Source: Synechococcus sp. A15-28
Lineage (GTDB): Bacteria; Cyanobacteriota; Cyanobacteriia; PCC-6307; Cyanobiaceae
NCBI RefSeq assembly: GCF_014280175.1
Contig: NZ_CP047931.1
Location: 2,190,001 to 2,222,000 of the forward strand
Reading direction: 5' to 3'
DNA: 32,000 nucleotides
Part shown: one piece after another, positions 29,703 to 32,000 of the stretch
Numbering within the stretch: the first letter of the stretch is position 1
How the letters are laid out: each line of letters opens with the position of its first letter
Translations under genes and position numbers: made by a program
Notes under the pieces: generated by a model
Database searches by the model: none
Seen by the model: only the letters and a program-made list of their open reading frames with translations
Told to the model about the DNA's origin: nothing

Positions 29703-29774
29703 TGGGCGATACTGGGATCGAACCAGTGACAATCTCCTTGTAAGGGAGGTGCTCTACCGCTGAGCTAATCGCCC
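29703..29774 (-). tRNA. tRNA-Val (anticodon UAC)
   Basis: Reverse strand GGGCGATTAGCTCAGCGGTAGAGCACCTCCCTTACAAGGAGATTGTCACTGGTTCGATCCCAGTATCGCCCA; acceptor GGGCGAT/ATCGCCC, T-stem ACTGG/CCAGT, anticodon loop CTTACAA. CCA not encoded. Confidence 0.93.
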
Positions 29775-29833
29775 GTTGCAGCGGATTCTGCCTCAGCGCG
29801 GCAGTCTGTCCAAAGACGTCACGTTCAGTCTCG

Positions 29834-30313
29834 ATGGCCTCCGGCCGAGCCCATGACCGCGCCACGCTGCTCTTTAGTGCTCTCCTTGGAGTGAGTGCCG
29901 CCGTCATATGGGGCCTCGACAGCGGTCTTGTTGCCGCCGCGGCATGCGTGATCGGCGGACTCTGGCTGTCTCCGGATCTGGACACGCACTCCAATGCCCT
30001 GCGGCGCTGGGGACCGCTCCGAGGTTTGTGGTGGCCCTACCGACGCCTGATTCCCCACCGATCGGTCTGGTCCCACGGGCCCCTGATCGGCACGGGCTTG
30101 CGATTGCTGCTGCTGCTGGGGTGGTGGAGTCTGCTGTCAGCCCTCACAGGCTGGCCCACGAACGCAGGATTGCCCCAAATGATCCTTTGGCTCGAGCAAC
30201 AGCCCCAGCAAGCGATCGCCCTCGTGATCGGCCTTGAGGCCAGCGCCTGGCTGCATCTGGTCCTGGATGGGGATCCCTGGCCTGTGGAGTGGGCCCAGCG
30301 GCGCCGGCGATGA
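29834..30313 (+). CDS. DUF2227-type putative metal-binding membrane protein
   Basis: MASGRAHDRATLLFSALLG...GLWLSPDLDTHSNALRRWGPLRGLWWPYRRLIPHRSVWSHGPLIGTGLRLL. Confidence 0.8.
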   Translation: MASGRAHDRATLLFSALLGVSAAVIWGLDSGLVAAAACVIGGLWLSPDLDTHSNALRRWGPLRGLWWPYRRLIPHRSVWSHGPLIGTGLRLLLLLGWWSLLSALTGWPTNAGLPQMILWLEQQPQQAIALVIGLEASAWLHLVLDGDPWPVEWAQRRRR

Positions 30314-30343
30314 CAAGGTGGGCGCGCATCGATTGCCCCCTCC

Positions 30344-31156
30344 ATGGCTTCAGACCGACCTGATGCGCTGCAGCAACTGATCGATGTGGTGGCCCGTCTG
30401 CGGGATCCCGATCAGGGCTGCCCCTGGGATCTGCAGCAAACCCACGCCACGTTGGTGCCTTACGTGCTGGAGGAGGCCCATGAAGTGGCCGATGCCATTC
30501 GCCATGGCGACGACGCCCACCTCAAGGAGGAATTGGGCGATCTGCTGTTGCAGGTGATCCTCCATGCCCAGATCAGCCGCGAGCGGGGGAGCTTTGATGT
30601 TGATGCCATCGCGAGCGCCATCAGCGACAAACTGATCCGCCGCCATCCCCATGTGTTCGGCGGAGAGCCACGCAGCTGGGATGAGATCAAAGCCGAAGAA
30701 CAGGCCGAATCCCTGGCCCGGTCCACCAGTCCCCTCAGCGATCGGCTGACCAGCAAGGTGCGGGGCATGCCCGCTCTGGCCGGCGCCATGGTCATCTCCA
30801 AGCAAGCGGCCAAGGCCGGCTTCGAGTGGGATGACATGGCCGGCGTCTGGGAGAAGGTCCACGAGGAGCTGGACGAACTCAAGGAGGCGGTGGCCAGCGG
30901 CGACCAGGGCCATGCCCAGGAGGAGCTGGGGGATCTGCTGTTCACCCTGGTGAACGTGGCGCGTTGGTGCAGCCTCGATCCCGAGGAGGGGCTGGCGGGA
31001 ACCAACCACCGCTTCCTCGACCGCTTCTCCCGGGTGGAATCCGCCCTGGGCGGCGATCTTCAAGGTCGCAGCATCCAGGAACTGGACACCCTCTGGCAGG
31101 CGGCCAAGGCTCAGATCAGGGCTGAACAGGCGCAAGCTCACGCCTCAGGAACTTGA
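30344..31156 (+). CDS. mazG: Nucleoside triphosphate pyrophosphohydrolase MazG
   Basis: LRDPDQGCPWDLQQTHATLVPYVLEEAHEVADAI...HLKEELGDLLLQVILHAQI...EELGDLLFTLVNVARW. Nonstandard start possible. Confidence 0.93.
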   Translation: MASDRPDALQQLIDVVARLRDPDQGCPWDLQQTHATLVPYVLEEAHEVADAIRHGDDAHLKEELGDLLLQVILHAQISRERGSFDVDAIASAISDKLIRRHPHVFGGEPRSWDEIKAEEQAESLARSTSPLSDRLTSKVRGMPALAGAMVISKQAAKAGFEWDDMAGVWEKVHEELDELKEAVASGDQGHAQEELGDLLFTLVNVARWCSLDPEEGLAGTNHRFLDRFSRVESALGGDLQGRSIQELDTLWQAAKAQIRAEQAQAHASGT

Positions 31157-31859
31157 TCACGGCAGCCCAGGCCTGATCGGCAAGATCCGGATCCCAGCGC
31201 CAGCCGTCATCACGCATGAAGGTGTGATTGGCCTCAAACAACAGGGTCTCGTGCTTCAGCCCACGCAGGGCCTCGAGAACCCCCTCGCGATCGTCAGCCG
31301 GTACGTGAGGATCGTCCGAGCCGAACAGCGTGAACAAGGCCCCCTGGATCTCGCCGGCCCGCTGCAGAGAATCAGCGACGCCTCGGCCCAGTTTTCCGTT
31401 CTGCAACCCGGTTGGGTAGAGGCAAGCCGTTGCACGCACCTCGGGTCGCAGAGCAGCACGGAAGGCGAGATGGCCACCGATGCAGAAACCGATGGCACCA
31501 AGGCGCTGCTCATCCACCTCGGCCTGGTCCCTCAGCCAGCTCAGCAACGCCTGGGCATCCGCGTCGTAGGCGGCGATCTCCGTGCGACGGGCGGCGTCGT
31601 TGCCCCGCAGTCGACCGATCGCGTCGGGCTCGATCACCGTCCCCACCGGCTCCAGGCGATGGAAGATCTCCGGCGCCGCCACCACAAATCCATAGCCGGC
31701 CAGGCGATTCGCCAACCGCAGGATCGGATCGCCGAGTTGGTAGATGTCCGAATAAAACATCAGCCCGGGCCAGGGGCCCTGCTCGACGGGCCGAGCCAGA
31801 TGAACCCGCATCAGGCTGTCGTCCACGGTCAGACCGATGGTCTGTTGCTCGATCCGCAT
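31116..31859 (-). CDS. Dienelactone hydrolase family protein
   Basis: Start MRIEQQTIGLTVDDSLMRVHLARP at 31859 (track ORF extends to 31919); RLGAIGFCIGGHLAFRAAL nucleophile Cys motif, LFGSDDPHVP, HTFMRD. Confidence 0.88.
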   Translation of the reverse strand: MRIEQQTIGLTVDDSLMRVHLARPVEQGPWPGLMFYSDIYQLGDPILRLANRLAGYGFVVAAPEIFHRLEPVGTVIEPDAIGRLRGNDAARRTEIAAYDADAQALLSWLRDQAEVDEQRLGAIGFCIGGHLAFRAALRPEVRATACLYPTGLQNGKLGRGVADSLQRAGEIQGALFTLFGSDDPHVPADDREGVLEALRGLKHETLLFEANHTFMRDDGWRWDPDLADQAWAAVIKFLRRELAPVQP

Positions 31860-31872
31860 GGCAAGCGGTGCG

Positions 31873-32000
31873 TCACTCCTCAAGTGTTGGCCGATTGCCG
31901 CGCTGACGCTTGAGATCACCGCGCTTTTTCTTGGCCTGCAGACGACGCTTCACCGCACCGCGTCCTGGACGGGCGGACTTCCGCGATGGTGGCGGAGGCT
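31873..32000 (-). CDS. C-terminus of ArfB/YaeJ-like peptidyl-tRNA hydrolase (partial)
   Basis: Reverse-strand translation ...PPPPSRKSARPGRGAVKRRLQAKKKRGDLKRQRGNRPTLEE*, the basic tail typical of ArfB-type ribosome-rescue factors. Only the tail is in the window. Confidence 0.5.
   Translation of the reverse strand, partial: PPPPSRKSARPGRGAVKRRLQAKKKRGDLKRQRGNRPTLEE

Noticed and set aside
29578-29763. 61-aa + strand ORF in the track
   Set aside because: It overlaps the tRNA-Val on the opposite strand and the better-looking 53-aa minus-strand ORF; probably noise.

Overview
This window looks like ordinary high-GC chromosome from a marine picocyanobacterium (Synechococcus/Cyanobium-like). That is an inference from protein families: HLI protein, cyanobacterial-type chorismate lyase, DesC-like desaturase and many short picocyanobacterial-style hypotheticals. 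Backbone genes include a delta-9 desaturase, rplI-dnaB-mnmG, ligA, a VTT membrane protein, a 3-gene ABC-2 exporter operon abutting valS, an MscS-type channel, an SDR / Fur-family / MBL-hydrolase operon, an HLI protein, tRNA-Val(UAC), a DUF2227 protein, mazG and a dienelactone hydrolase. The least ordinary parts are: (1) a low-GC-looking pair of secreted phosphatase-like genes (11.0-15.3 kb), in which the 5'-nucleotidase/RTX gene has a single in-frame TAA inside a conserved motif; (2) an orphan ABC-type solute-binding lipoprotein gene split by two -1 frame changes, one exactly at a CCCAAAG heptamer, and coupled to mscS; (3) several small ORFs below the 60-aa track cutoff, including a clean 53-aa ORF overlapping a secreted hypothetical gene. 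I found no CRISPR array, transposon, phage module or clearly novel defence system.
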